Positions 20,798 through 30,711 of a stretch of DNA of 64,000 nt are shown here, one piece after another. Source of the DNA: a virus (taxonomy: Duplodnaviria > Caudoviricetes); IMG/VR virus record IMGVR_UViG_3300028603_000022, positions 64,001 to 128,000 of that record; one strand, 5' to 3'. Each line of letters starts with the position of its first letter. Position 1 is the stretch's first letter. Position numbers and translations under genes: made by a program. The notes beneath the pieces were generated by a model. It had not been told where the DNA came from and did no database searches. It worked only from the letters and a program-made list of their open reading frames with translations.

Positions 20798-22457
20798 AGC
20801 ACAAGCAGATAATTCAGCAGTTAGCGTTAACGGTGAAACTACAGTCGTTTCTAGTGAAATTGTACCTCCTACCAACGTCTTGGCACTATACGTATCACCT
20901 ACAAGCTGGGGTAGCAACAGTTTTGATTATTATCACGTTAGACAAATAATTGTATTACCAAGAGCCCTTTCTAATGTAGAACTACAAAACAGTAGTTTAA
21001 TTACAAATCAACTTGAAATTAATACACATCTGGTAGACACAGATAACCCGCATAATGTAACTAAAGCTCAGGTCGGGCTTGGTGATGTGGACAACACCGC
21101 CGATGTGGACAAGCCGGTCTCGACGGCGCAGCTGGCGAAGATCTATGCAGCGGTGACGCAGGGCACGATGGCCGCGCCGCTGATCGAGGGGGAGCAGCGT
21201 GCAGCCGCCTTCGATTTCGAGCGATGGGCGGTCATGTTCAGGGATATCACCAATCCGGCGCTCAACTTCGTCGGCCGTCCCGACGACATCATCACCATGA
21301 CGCGCGCCAGCGACGCTACGTACTTCGATGAAAACGGCGTCATGCAGGTCGCGGGGCCGAACACGATGCGCCGCAGCCGTGTACCGGAAACCGGGCGCAT
21401 GGGGTTCCTGTCGGAGTGGTCGTCGACGAACCTATGGGCTAACACTGTGCCTACAGGAGGTACTGTAGGTGTGATTGGTTCGGGAGGGTCGTTACCTGCG
21501 GGATGGTCAAACGCCAATAAAGCCGGGTTGACTGTCGAAATACTGGCAATAGAGCCGGGGGGTATCGAGGATGGAGTGCCGGGCATTGCAGTGCGTATAT
21601 CCGGGACCGGGAATGGAACCGTCTTTAGACTGAGCATGTCTTCACCATCCTATGTCACGCAAGATTTGTGGTACACAACATCAGGCTACGTAAGAGCGGT
21701 TGCGGGCTCCTTAGTGGGTATGTCAAACATACATATCAACTGCGTCAACGGTGGCCCCAGCGTCGCTTTCCCAAACCCGTTTGCCGCAACACGCATGGCA
21801 GATGCGCGAAGTTCCTATTCATCCCCAATGTCAAGCTCCAATCCGGGGGGTGGTAGGTTTCCCGAACTACGTTTCACCGCTGCATCGGGCGAGGTCATCG
21901 ACATTACCTTTCTTGTAGGCGCGGCACAGTTTGAGCAACGAGAATTTCTGTCGAGCTACATCCCAACCACGACAGTAGCTGCCACTCGCTCGGCTGACAA
22001 TGCGAGGATCAACCTGTCGGCGCTACCGTGGTCATCCGAGCACTTCTGCATCATCGCGGATTTCGACAGCCGTACGTTTCATTCCGCGGATGGCCATTAT
22101 CGCTCGCCGTTCGGATTGGTAGACGGTGGAGGAACCAACGGATTAGTACAGCAGAGATTAAATTCTACGAGTAATCGCTTCGGCATAACCTCTAGCAACG
22201 CGGCGCTGACCAACGGCGTTTTAGGCCGCAACCGCGTCGCGGCTGCGTTTTCGTCGGATGGCAATGCGCGTATCAGCGCGAACGGCGGGACGGTTGCATC
22301 CCGCGAGTTAGCGCTCGATCCGTCGATTCTGACGCGGTTCAATATTGGACATCATAGAAATGGTCAGGGCACACTCGCCGGCCACCTGCACTCGCTGGTT
22401 GTCCTGCCGCGCAATCCTACCGACCTCGAAATGCAGGGATGGAGCACATTACCATGA
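20787..22457 (+). CDS. Mosaic spike/fibre protein with LamG-like domain
   Basis: NPHNVTKAQVGL..VDNTAD.DKPVSTAQ fibre motif; SSYIPTT..TRSAD; sharp switch to high GC near 21070. Confidence 0.7.
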   Translation: MAIRAQADNSAVSVNGETTVVSSEIVPPTNVLALYVSPTSWGSNSFDYYHVRQIIVLPRALSNVELQNSSLITNQLEINTHLVDTDNPHNVTKAQVGLGDVDNTADVDKPVSTAQLAKIYAAVTQGTMAAPLIEGEQRAAAFDFERWAVMFRDITNPALNFVGRPDDIITMTRASDATYFDENGVMQVAGPNTMRRSRVPETGRMGFLSEWSSTNLWANTVPTGGTVGVIGSGGSLPAGWSNANKAGLTVEILAIEPGGIEDGVPGIAVRISGTGNGTVFRLSMSSPSYVTQDLWYTTSGYVRAVAGSLVGMSNIHINCVNGGPSVAFPNPFAATRMADARSSYSSPMSSSNPGGGRFPELRFTAASGEVIDITFLVGAAQFEQREFLSSYIPTTTVAATRSADNARINLSALPWSSEHFCIIADFDSRTFHSADGHYRSPFGLVDGGGTNGLVQQRLNSTSNRFGITSSNAALTNGVLGRNRVAAAFSSDGNARISANGGTVASRELALDPSILTRFNIGHHRNGQGTLAGHLHSLVVLPRNPTDLEMQGWSTLP

Positions 22458-22849
22458 AGGTCATCGATCATCTGATCCGCTGCGGCTCGGCCGAGGAAGC
22501 GCAGGAACTGGAAGACCGCTACGGGCCTTCGGCCGCCTACCAGCCGCGTGTAATCCTGCAAGACGCGGTTTGGGACGAAACCGACCCGGAAAACCCGGTG
22601 CAGACAACGCCCGAGATCGTGGCTTCCGGGTGGCATGTGTGGATCGCCCTCGACCATCTGGCCGAGGATCTGCGCGACCTTCCGGGCGATGCTTGTCGAT
22701 TGATCGCAGACAGGTCTCTGTGCTTGCCCGAGGCGACGTTTCGCGACGTGCTGCTCTATCACGCGGCCGACATCGACGAGATCGTGCTGGCGACGGCAAG
22801 GATTGAGCCCGTGCCGGCAGGGAGCGATTATCCGTGGAGGCGTTACTAA
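22454..22849 (+). CDS. Fibre-associated small protein (GC-rich module)
   Basis: GGAG RBS; ATGA overlap with the preceding stop; same position as the 20435 gene. Confidence 0.6.
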   Translation: MKVIDHLIRCGSAEEAQELEDRYGPSAAYQPRVILQDAVWDETDPENPVQTTPEIVASGWHVWIALDHLAEDLRDLPGDACRLIADRSLCLPEATFRDVLLYHAADIDEIVLATARIEPVPAGSDYPWRRY

Positions 22850-22938
22850 ATTATAACTAAATAATTTACATTATATTTTACATTATATTTTACCTTAATT
22901 CTTATGTAACCATATCGTTTTCAAATTGAGAATATAAT

Positions 22939-24951
22939 ATGACAATTATTACACAAAATTTAGGTAAAATCGTTCCAAATCATAGAGGAGGTTTTCGTCC
23001 AGACTGGCAATACCGAGTTCTGGATGAAACCTTTTACTTTGGTGCTTCTTACCGTGTTATAAAAGAGCCTCCATTAGGTACTTACCCTACTGATGAAGAA
23101 TACTGGGTAATAGTATCAGAATCCTCTGCAAAGCTTGTAAATGTTGAAATTATAGACACTAATGAAATTACAGGTACTATTACTATCAGGTTTTCTTACG
23201 AAGACCTGACTTTTTATGACATAGTTACTGGCCCTCTAATACCGGAAATTACTAAACCAGATTGGAACGCACCATCTGGTCCTGCCGAAATACTAAATAA
23301 ACCTAATTTAGGGGACGCGGCGTATCTAGGGTTAGGAACCACAGCTAACAGTGTAGCAGCTGGTAATCATGGACATTCAACTGCTACAACATCTTCTAAT
23401 GGATTTATGTCTTCTGGAGATAAGTCTAAATTAGATGGAATTGCTTCTGGTGCTACCAATAACAACACGAACGAACACCTGTTAGCTAGAGCAAACCATA
23501 CAGGTGTTCAAGCTATTTCTACAGTCTCTGGACTAACAGTCGCGTTAAATTCAAAAGTAAACACAGCCTCTTTGTCAACTCCAAACGGAGTTGCGACTCT
23601 AGACACTCAAGGCAGATTACCTCAATCTCAAGGTGGTGGTCAGCCTGTCCTAACCCCTACCTATACCCCAATTACCGAACAAAGTCCTTCTACTTTTAGC
23701 TCTTCCTATAACCATGTAGGTTTTTTTAGATTAGCCTCTAATACTAGTAGCCCTATAGATTTTCCTGTTAGTTGGGCTTCGTCTACGGGGATAACTTCCG
23801 GTGTTGTAGAAGGGTATATATCGCCTAGTGGTAATTATGCTTTCTCTTATCAAATTATTACAGGTTCTATTGGTAATAGATTTATGCGTAGGGCTTTAAA
23901 CTCTACAACTTGGGGAGATTGGGAAGAAATTGCTTCTTCCGGTGTCGCTACTATTTCCGCTAATGGTTTAATGTCTTCAACAGACAAAATAAAGCTTAAC
24001 GGTATAGCAACTGGAGCGACAGCTAACCAGACTAATTCTTACCTTTTAAACAGGTCTAATCATACTGGTAGCCAACCTCAAAGTACAATTGATGGGTTAG
24101 GAGCAGCCCTCAACGATAAATTATCTCTTACTGGGGGTAATGTAGTAGGTAAAGTAGTATATTCTAATTGGACTCCTTATACTGCTGAAGCTAGAATACA
24201 TTTCGGGTTGAACGCCGAAGACGTAGGTAAAGCTATCCAAATAGGGGGCGCTGGTCTATCAGGTACAGCTAATCAATCCCATAATCATGGTGTAGCTATA
24301 GGGTTAGCCAATAACAACATTAACGGAACCAACAGTAGTCTATTTATTATAAATTCAATCTCGGGGATTGGAGTTACTTTTAATAGCCAAACTATATCTG
24401 GTTACAACTATAATTTTAGGGTTGAACAAGCGTTAACTATAGGTAGTTATGGGTTTCGTACAACTGGCGAAGCAAAAATTGGTGGTTCAGTAGTTAACCC
24501 AGATATATCGGCGGTTCTTGAATTAGACAGCACGTCTAAAGGGTTTTTACCTCCTAGAATGACCGCTGCTCAAATAAGCACCAACATCAACCTTTCTGCA
24601 AATCCAGAAGGTTGTATAGCTTATGATAGAACTAATCATATTCTTAAGCTATATAATGGTTCACAATGGATAGATATTGGGGCTACAATAGGAGTAGAGC
24701 AAACTTGGCAGAACGTAACCGCTAGTCGTCTGCGTAATACCACATACCAGAATACAACAGGTAAACCTATACAACTATCTATTTTAACAGACTACCACTC
24801 TAACTTATTGCAATGCTCAATTGATGGTAGTGATTGGGTAACTATTGGACGTTCTGACTATTATGTTATGCATAATGCTATTATACCTATAAATAATTAT
24901 TATAGACTAACAGGTAATGGACCTATAGTTTCGTGGAGCGAATTAAGGTAA
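22939..24951 (+). CDS. Tail fibre protein
   Basis: Duplicated GxMS..DK.KL.GIA.GAT.N..R.NHTG.Q repeats; C-terminal GVEQTWQNVTASR..YQNTTGKPI tip domain. Confidence 0.8.
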   Translation: MTIITQNLGKIVPNHRGGFRPDWQYRVLDETFYFGASYRVIKEPPLGTYPTDEEYWVIVSESSAKLVNVEIIDTNEITGTITIRFSYEDLTFYDIVTGPLIPEITKPDWNAPSGPAEILNKPNLGDAAYLGLGTTANSVAAGNHGHSTATTSSNGFMSSGDKSKLDGIASGATNNNTNEHLLARANHTGVQAISTVSGLTVALNSKVNTASLSTPNGVATLDTQGRLPQSQGGGQPVLTPTYTPITEQSPSTFSSSYNHVGFFRLASNTSSPIDFPVSWASSTGITSGVVEGYISPSGNYAFSYQIITGSIGNRFMRRALNSTTWGDWEEIASSGVATISANGLMSSTDKIKLNGIATGATANQTNSYLLNRSNHTGSQPQSTIDGLGAALNDKLSLTGGNVVGKVVYSNWTPYTAEARIHFGLNAEDVGKAIQIGGAGLSGTANQSHNHGVAIGLANNNINGTNSSLFIINSISGIGVTFNSQTISGYNYNFRVEQALTIGSYGFRTTGEAKIGGSVVNPDISAVLELDSTSKGFLPPRMTAAQISTNINLSANPEGCIAYDRTNHILKLYNGSQWIDIGATIGVEQTWQNVTASRLRNTTYQNTTGKPIQLSILTDYHSNLLQCSIDGSDWVTIGRSDYYVMHNAIIPINNYYRLTGNGPIVSWSELR

Positions 24952-24957
24952 TTTGAC

Positions 24958-25602
24958 ATGGATATTGGTTTTTATCATCCTTCTATGGGTTATTGGCAAG
25001 GTATAGACGTAAGCACAGAACCGTACACCATTATAGAAGAACCCGCTATAATGGATTTAGATGAAGAAGGCAACGAAATAGAGGTTGTTCCTGCTGTAAC
25101 TAGAGAAACTTCTCAACTAGAAGAACTTTTATCTTCGTATCCACAAGGTACGATTCAAGTTCCATTAAAACCCAGCGCCAATCATGAATGGGTTAACGGT
25201 GAATGGGTTTTACAACCTATTGATACAGAAGCAGAAAGAACAAGATTACAAGCTCTAATCGACCTAGAACGAGACCGTAGAATTGCTAATGGTTTCATGT
25301 TTAATGATAAACTTTACCAATCTAGACCAGAAGATAGGGAAAATATTACAGGAGCCTCTATCGCTGCTCTAGCCGCTATAGGTATGGGAGCTGAGGTAGG
25401 AGATCTGCGTTGGCATGGTGGAGATTCAGATTTTGAATGGATAGCCGCAGATAATAGTTTAACGGCTATGGATGCTCATACAGTATTTCTGTTTGGTCAA
25501 ACCGCCATGGCTCATAAACAAACCCTTATTTTTGCCGCTAGGTATTTAAAGGACGCCGAGGATATTCCTCTAGATTATGAAGACGATGTTTGGTGGCCTT
25601 GA
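24958..25602 (+). CDS. Tail fibre assembly protein, DUF4376-like
   Basis: IDLERDRRI..GF.F..YQSRPEDRENI..WIAADNS..LIFAARYLKD. Confidence 0.7.
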   Translation: MDIGFYHPSMGYWQGIDVSTEPYTIIEEPAIMDLDEEGNEIEVVPAVTRETSQLEELLSSYPQGTIQVPLKPSANHEWVNGEWVLQPIDTEAERTRLQALIDLERDRRIANGFMFNDKLYQSRPEDRENITGASIAALAAIGMGAEVGDLRWHGGDSDFEWIAADNSLTAMDAHTVFLFGQTAMAHKQTLIFAARYLKDAEDIPLDYEDDVWWP

Positions 25603-25619
25603 ACACTAGGAGAACACGA

Positions 25620-26873
25620 ATGTCTAAATATATTATAAGCCCAGCACATATAGATGCTATAGCTATGGGTAAGTCTAACCCAACTATTGCTAATCAATTA
25701 GCCGCTTTTCTCAATGAACATGGTGAAAAATACCGTATTACTACCTCTTTTGAAGAAGTTACGCAGTTTCTAGGTCAAACAGCTCTAGAATCTGCCGGGT
25801 TTACCACTCTAAAAGAGAACCTTAACTATTCTGCCAAGAGGCTTACAGTAGTATGGCCTAATCGTTATAAAACTATAGCGGCGGCTACTCCATATGCTAA
25901 TAACCCACAGAAACTAGCCAATCATACATACGGCAGGCGTTTAGGTAATACCGGACCCAATGATGGCTGGTTATACATTGGTAGAGGTATTAAACAAGTA
26001 ACTGGTAAATATAATTACAGTGAATTTACCGCATGGATGAGGACAATCATTCCTAATTGTCCTGATTTTGTTAAAAACCCAGAGCTGCTTGAACAAAATC
26101 CGTGGTGTTATTGGTCTGCGGTATGGTATTGGTATACCAAGAAGGTGTATCTAAAGGCTAATGATACTAGAGCGGCTACTAAAGCTATTAACGGTGGGTA
26201 CAACGGTGTAAATGATCGCGTTATCTACGTTAATCGTGCTAAGAAAGTTCTAGGAACAGCTCAACCAGCCCCCTCTACGAAGAAACCACCAGCTCAACCT
26301 GATAGTACCCTAAAAATCTATCAGGAAAAGCTTAACAAGATTTCTGAATATCGTAATAACACCGCGTTCAATGTAGGTGAAGCAGACGGATGGAACGGTC
26401 CTAAAACGATTAAGGCTGTAAAAGCTTTCCAGAAATCCACTGGTTTTCTAGTTGTCGATGGTGTTATTGGTAAGGAAACCAGAGAAGCTATTGACAACGT
26501 ATTGGATCAAATTGAAAATGTTATCAATGTTCCAGTAGAAGAAATTCTTGAACCTAAGACTCCAGAAGTAATTGAGGAAGTAATTGTTCAGGAAGTTCCC
26601 GAAGTTCTGGAAGAAATCGCTGAAACTCCAATTGCTAAAACAAAGACTCTTTGGACAGCCATTGTAGGATTTATTACTTCAGCAATGGCGTTTCTACAGT
26701 CCGGTATTGAAGCCTTCACACAACTTGATCCTATGGTTCAAATAGGTGTAATTATTCTTCTGTTCATCGTAATTGTTATGGTTATCTCCTATATAAGAGA
26801 GCATAAGAGAACTAAACAAGGTGTTGATGAACTAAAGTCTAAAGCTGAAGAACTAATCAAGCTGGTTAGATAA
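25620..26873 (+). CDS. Endolysin: GH19 domain, peptidoglycan-binding domain, C-terminal transmembrane segments
   Basis: FLGQTALESAGF..ENLNYSA, YIGRGIKQVTGKYNY, TKAINGGYNG; DGWNGPKT..VKAFQ..DGVIG; two hydrophobic helices. Confidence 0.9.
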   Translation: MSKYIISPAHIDAIAMGKSNPTIANQLAAFLNEHGEKYRITTSFEEVTQFLGQTALESAGFTTLKENLNYSAKRLTVVWPNRYKTIAAATPYANNPQKLANHTYGRRLGNTGPNDGWLYIGRGIKQVTGKYNYSEFTAWMRTIIPNCPDFVKNPELLEQNPWCYWSAVWYWYTKKVYLKANDTRAATKAINGGYNGVNDRVIYVNRAKKVLGTAQPAPSTKKPPAQPDSTLKIYQEKLNKISEYRNNTAFNVGEADGWNGPKTIKAVKAFQKSTGFLVVDGVIGKETREAIDNVLDQIENVINVPVEEILEPKTPEVIEEVIVQEVPEVLEEIAETPIAKTKTLWTAIVGFITSAMAFLQSGIEAFTQLDPMVQIGVIILLFIVIVMVISYIREHKRTKQGVDELKSKAEELIKLVR

Positions 26874-26892
26874 CAATAGAGAGGGTAGAAAG

Positions 26893-27315
26893 GTGTATAC
26901 TCATCTAATTATACTGGGTAAGGGGCTTCTTTCTACCCTTTCAACTACAATAAAAATCCCTATCATTCTTATTTTAGCCGCTATACTAGGTGGAATTTAT
27001 ATAAAAAATACAGCTGTAGGCGAAGCTATACGTCAAACAATTGTAGAAATTACCGCGAAAGCAGAGATTCAAGCTCTAGAAACCATTATTCGTAATAAAG
27101 ATAAACTTCTTGAAGAACAAGAAAAATTAATAGATGAACAACGAATAATGATGGAATTGAATGCTCGTCTGTTAAGAGATTTAGAAGAACAAGTAGAGAA
27201 AGACGAACAAGAACTTAAAGAAGCACTGGATAAACTAGATGAACTCGCTGATCTACCTCCCCCCGAAGCTTGTGTTGTTGACAACGCTATTCTTGACAGG
27301 CTGCGAAACCAATAG
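26893..27315 (+). CDS. Inner-membrane spanin (Rz-like)
   Basis: N-terminal TM, coiled coil, C-terminal Cys; follows endolysin. Confidence 0.7.
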   Translation: MYTHLIILGKGLLSTLSTTIKIPIILILAAILGGIYIKNTAVGEAIRQTIVEITAKAEIQALETIIRNKDKLLEEQEKLIDEQRIMMELNARLLRDLEEQVEKDEQELKEALDKLDELADLPPPEACVVDNAILDRLRNQ

Positions 27316-27607
27316 GGCTATAGACTCTTTAGCTGGAGCTAGAGTTGTAGAAGAAGCGGAGTCTCAGCTAGATCAACAGATAGAAATAGCGGACGAGAGA
27401 GTAAAAGAGGCTTTAAAATTACCTCCTTACCCTAGTTCTTGTACAAGAATCTCTAATTCTAATGTAAGAGTAGGTGATAGGCTAGATCATGCTGTAGATA
27501 AAGTAGATATAGCCCTGTTAGCTGCTAATAACACAATACGAAGGTGTGCTGCCTATTACAATAATCTTCGTAACGAAAGAAATAGCTTAATTGAAGGATC
27601 AAACTAA
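27239..27607 (+). CDS. Outer-membrane spanin lipoprotein (Rz1-like)
   Basis: Lipobox FLTGC; overlaps i-spanin 3' end; LPPYP and two further Cys. Confidence 0.7.
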   Translation: MNSLIYLPPKLVLLTTLFLTGCETNRAIDSLAGARVVEEAESQLDQQIEIADERVKEALKLPPYPSSCTRISNSNVRVGDRLDHAVDKVDIALLAANNTIRRCAAYYNNLRNERNSLIEGSN

Positions 27608-27882
27608 TGAGCTTGGAAAATCTAGTTAAGAAAGTAATGGAACCAATCGAATCTGCGGCAGTTAAAACTGCTTCAGAAACACCTATTTCCAATAATACCG
27701 CTAGATCCAAGAAACCTTGCGATCTGAATGAACAGTTTGTAGAGAAAGCTGTTCATGCTATCAAAGAATCAGCTAAGACGGATTATAAGAACCTGTCAGC
27801 ATCTTTCAAAGCGTATGTTAATTACAATAATCTTCCTGCGGATAAACGCCATCTTATCTATGTAGCTCTATTTGGTGCTTAA
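27607..27882 (+). CDS. Hypothetical protein
   Basis: Coupled ORF with AAGGA RBS. Confidence 0.5.
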   Translation: MSLENLVKKVMEPIESAAVKTASETPISNNTARSKKPCDLNEQFVEKAVHAIKESAKTDYKNLSASFKAYVNYNNLPADKRHLIYVALFGA

Positions 27883-27884
27883 TT

Positions 27885-28163
27885 ATGCCTAAATGTCATA
27901 GAATAGGTGATTCTAATGACGCCGGAGGACTAGTATCGGCTTCTTTACAATCTAGTGTTTATGTTAACAACATATTAGTATCTGTAGATGGAAGTCCTGT
28001 AACCCCGCATCTTCCTTTTGTTCCTCCACATGTAGGGACTATTACTGCTAATGGTTCTCCTACTGTTTTTGCGGAAAATATACCAATAAACAGGTTAGGT
28101 GACGCTGATTCTTGTGGTCATATAAGAATAGACGGTTCACCAAATGTATTTGTAGGGCCGTAA
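27885..28163 (+). CDS. PAAR-domain spike tip protein (gp5.4-like)
   Basis: HRIGD..SVYVNN..H..GSPTVFAENIPINRLGD..CGH..GSPNVFVG. Confidence 0.9.
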   Translation: MPKCHRIGDSNDAGGLVSASLQSSVYVNNILVSVDGSPVTPHLPFVPPHVGTITANGSPTVFAENIPINRLGDADSCGHIRIDGSPNVFVGP

Positions 28164-28164
28164 T

Positions 28165-28770
28165 ATGGATGTATTTCCTTTAAGCGTAAAGAAGGCTTTT
28201 GTTAAACTTGGGGATGACCAACGCGGAACCCCTGAAAAATGTATGCTAGATGTGCAATTCATGATGGGTGGTGGGGTTTTAAATCCTGTAGTTGAGCATG
28301 TTGGTGATATTACCCATAGAATGACCCATTTGGTACAATACACCCCTACTGATAGGCTACCTACTAGTGGTGAACTTGGCTTTCATATGGTAGATGACAA
28401 AGTTCATAAAACATATAAATGGCTTAACAGTTCCTACGGTTTTGAGCGGGAATTTGAACAAAACATAATTAATAATTTTGAATACTATAAAGAAAAAGGT
28501 AAATTTAAAAATCAAACCGTTAAAGACTATAGGAATAAGATAGCTTATCTACTTAAAAAGTATGCAGAAGCGCATGAAAGGCTAGTAGTGTATAACCATG
28601 CTCAATGGAAAGCTAGACAAGCGGCTGTAGCGGTTGGGTATATGGCTTGGGATAGTGCTTCTAGTTATTTAGCTTCTTTAAAGCTTATATGTAAAGATGA
28701 AGAAACCTATATAAAAGAATGCTCTAGCTTTAGACTTAATCCTTCTGGTAATCCTATTCCGTATAAATAA
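28165..28770 (+). CDS. Hypothetical protein
   Basis: 201 aa ORF packed in operon. Confidence 0.55.
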   Translation: MDVFPLSVKKAFVKLGDDQRGTPEKCMLDVQFMMGGGVLNPVVEHVGDITHRMTHLVQYTPTDRLPTSGELGFHMVDDKVHKTYKWLNSSYGFEREFEQNIINNFEYYKEKGKFKNQTVKDYRNKIAYLLKKYAEAHERLVVYNHAQWKARQAAVAVGYMAWDSASSYLASLKLICKDEETYIKECSSFRLNPSGNPIPYK

Positions 28771-28787
28771 TAAAAAGTGTTAACAAC

Positions 28788-29054
28788 ATGGAAGTTTTTG
28801 GCGAAATAAAAGGTAGAACACAACATAAGGAAGTTACTAAATCCCCTGTTGTGTCTACCTTAGAAAAAGTCCAGATAGAACTTTTGCATAACGATGTACC
28901 TGTTTATGTATTTTATAAATCAGGTAACACACCTTGGAAGTCTATTCTTATTAACAATGTATTTTCTAGTGAAGCTATACCGCGTTATAGCGATATTTAC
29001 CTGTCTTGCACATTAAGTTCAGAAGAAAAAGTTCAATACTCAATTAAATATTAG
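28788..29054 (+). CDS. Hypothetical protein
   Basis: Last + strand ORF before the convergence point. Confidence 0.45.
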   Translation: MEVFGEIKGRTQHKEVTKSPVVSTLEKVQIELLHNDVPVYVFYKSGNTPWKSILINNVFSSEAIPRYSDIYLSCTLSSEEKVQYSIKY

Positions 29055-29646
29055 ATATTCTATATACGCTTTCTGCGTATGATTCTATATCTCCTACCTC
29101 TAAACCGTAGTCACTAACCATACTTTCAACTAAGCATTGGTTACATAGATTACGAATATTTTCATTAGGTCTAGCTTCTATAGCCTCGTAAGGTATGTCT
29201 TTGTTGATGGGAACATAGACAGACTTTATATTTAGATCTGGAAAATCCAACTTAATTTCAGCCTCAAACATTCTAGCAGAGCATAACTGGTAATCAACCC
29301 AGGCGGTATAATCATGCCATTTCCACATTTGACTGAACGCATAAGAGTATCCTACTACGTCCAGAAGACCCCTTTCAAATATGTAATTATCACTATGTAT
29401 AGAATTGGAAATATATTCTAACTTATTTCTAATACTACGTTTGAAATAAGCAAAAACAAACTCTTGATGCTTCATACCAAGAGTTGCTAATCCTTCTATT
29501 TCTGAAAAATTAGGGTTATTTAGCATACCTCTAGGGGTTCTGGCAGATAACTGTACCACTCTAAATGGATACTTACTTCGTAAAGCCTCACAAATAGAGG
29601 ATTTACCTACACCAGAGCTTCCATTTAGAAATATAACCGTTTTCAT
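29044..29646 (-). CDS. P-loop nucleotide kinase (AAA_28/NadR-like)
   Basis: Walker A GSSGVGKS; IFERGLLDVVGYS. Confidence 0.75.
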   Translation of the reverse strand: MKTVIFLNGSSGVGKSSICEALRSKYPFRVVQLSARTPRGMLNNPNFSEIEGLATLGMKHQEFVFAYFKRSIRNKLEYISNSIHSDNYIFERGLLDVVGYSYAFSQMWKWHDYTAWVDYQLCSARMFEAEIKLDFPDLNIKSVYVPINKDIPYEAIEARPNENIRNLCNQCLVESMVSDYGLEVGDIESYAESVYRISNI

Positions 29647-29672
29647 GTTGTTTCCTTTTATACGTAAGTACC

Positions 29673-30110
29673 TTATACGTAGGACAGCACTTTATTGACT
29701 AGTGCCTTTAGTCCACTCATTGACGCTTTTTCAGCTTCTCTTTTTAGCTTTTTATAATAGAATTTCGTAGGTTTATGTAAATTGTTAGGGAAATCCTCCC
29801 AAGATACCCATCTATACTTTGAACTTTCTTTATTAATTTTTACAACGGGTTTCTTATCAAATTCTACTATGTAGAAATACAGAATACGCTTACTCTTTTC
29901 TTCTCTATGATCGAACATAAGATCGGATTCTTTGATTCTTATGCCAGATTCTTCCCAAACTTCTCTAACGGCAGAAGTTTTTATAGCTTCATTATCTTCT
30001 ACACCCCCGCCAGGGAAATTCCATAAATTAGGATTGTTAGCTTTTGGCCCTCTTTTAAGTAATAGAACTTCATCACCTACGGTAAGAATTACCCAAACAG
30101 ATTTATACAT
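29673..30110 (-). CDS. Nudix hydrolase
   Basis: Nudix box GGGVEDNEAIKTSAVREVWEESGI. Confidence 0.92.
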   Translation of the reverse strand: MYKSVWVILTVGDEVLLLKRGPKANNPNLWNFPGGGVEDNEAIKTSAVREVWEESGIRIKESDLMFDHREEKSKRILYFYIVEFDKKPVVKINKESSKYRWVSWEDFPNNLHKPTKFYYKKLKREAEKASMSGLKALVNKVLSYV

Positions 30111-30279
30111 TTGTTAAACCAATCCAATAGAACTATAAGAAGAGCTTCGAGATTACCAGAATCGTAGGCTAACATAAACACTGTTAGTATCAAGGCTATT
30201 ATAATTAATAGCACTTTTATTCCTGTCATGATAAACACCGTTGTGCGTTACTCTCTTATAGGAATTAAGGATATGGAAT

Positions 30280-30501
30280 TTAGATTACATCTAGATTGGA
30301 AAAATTCTGAATACGTAGTAGAGCATAATCACGTAAGGCTTCTTTATCGTGATCGAAACCAGTTAATAACCATTGTTCTTCTGGATACCAAGCTGTCGAT
30401 CCAAACCATACCTTTATAGGAGTAATTATTCTAATACCAGTTAATTCCTTATAGTTTGTATAAGTTATTTGTATTCGCTTGGATACATCTGAATGAGGCA
30501 T
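30280..30501 (-). CDS. Small stand-alone WYL-like protein
   Basis: ITYTNY..R.ITP..WFG..QWLL.GFD.DK...RDYAL. Confidence 0.65.
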   Translation of the reverse strand: MPHSDVSKRIQITYTNYKELTGIRIITPIKVWFGSTAWYPEEQWLLTGFDHDKEALRDYALLRIQNFSNLDVI

Positions 30502-30504
30502 AAT

Positions 30505-30711
30505 TCAATCCTCTGCTTCATCTGATAGAATCTTTTCAGATAGTTTATCTACATCTTTCTTTAGTCTGTTAAATAATTTCTTTCTTACTTCTCTTTCGTC
30601 GTCTTCTTTACCTAATTCCGCTTCAATGAACATCTCTGTTCTAACAGGATTGTATTGTCTAGGATTAACTGTCCTAGCAAAAGAAACACTAACCTTTGTT
30701 ATACGCATCAA
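30505..30711 (-). CDS. Hypothetical protein
   Basis: Coupled ORF in - strand operon. Confidence 0.55.
   Translation of the reverse strand: MMRITKVSVSFARTVNPRQYNPVRTEMFIEAELGKEDDEREVRKKLFNRLKKDVDKLSEKILSDEAED

Noticed and set aside
21143-22806. Overlapping ORFs in the GC-rich fibre module
   Set aside because: Explained by stop-codon scarcity at high GC; no RBS or motifs.
19116-22849. Diversity-generating retroelement or invertible fibre switch
   Set aside because: Similarity between cassettes is mainly at protein level; no reverse transcriptase, invertase, adenine-specific repeat pair or inverted crossover sites were seen.
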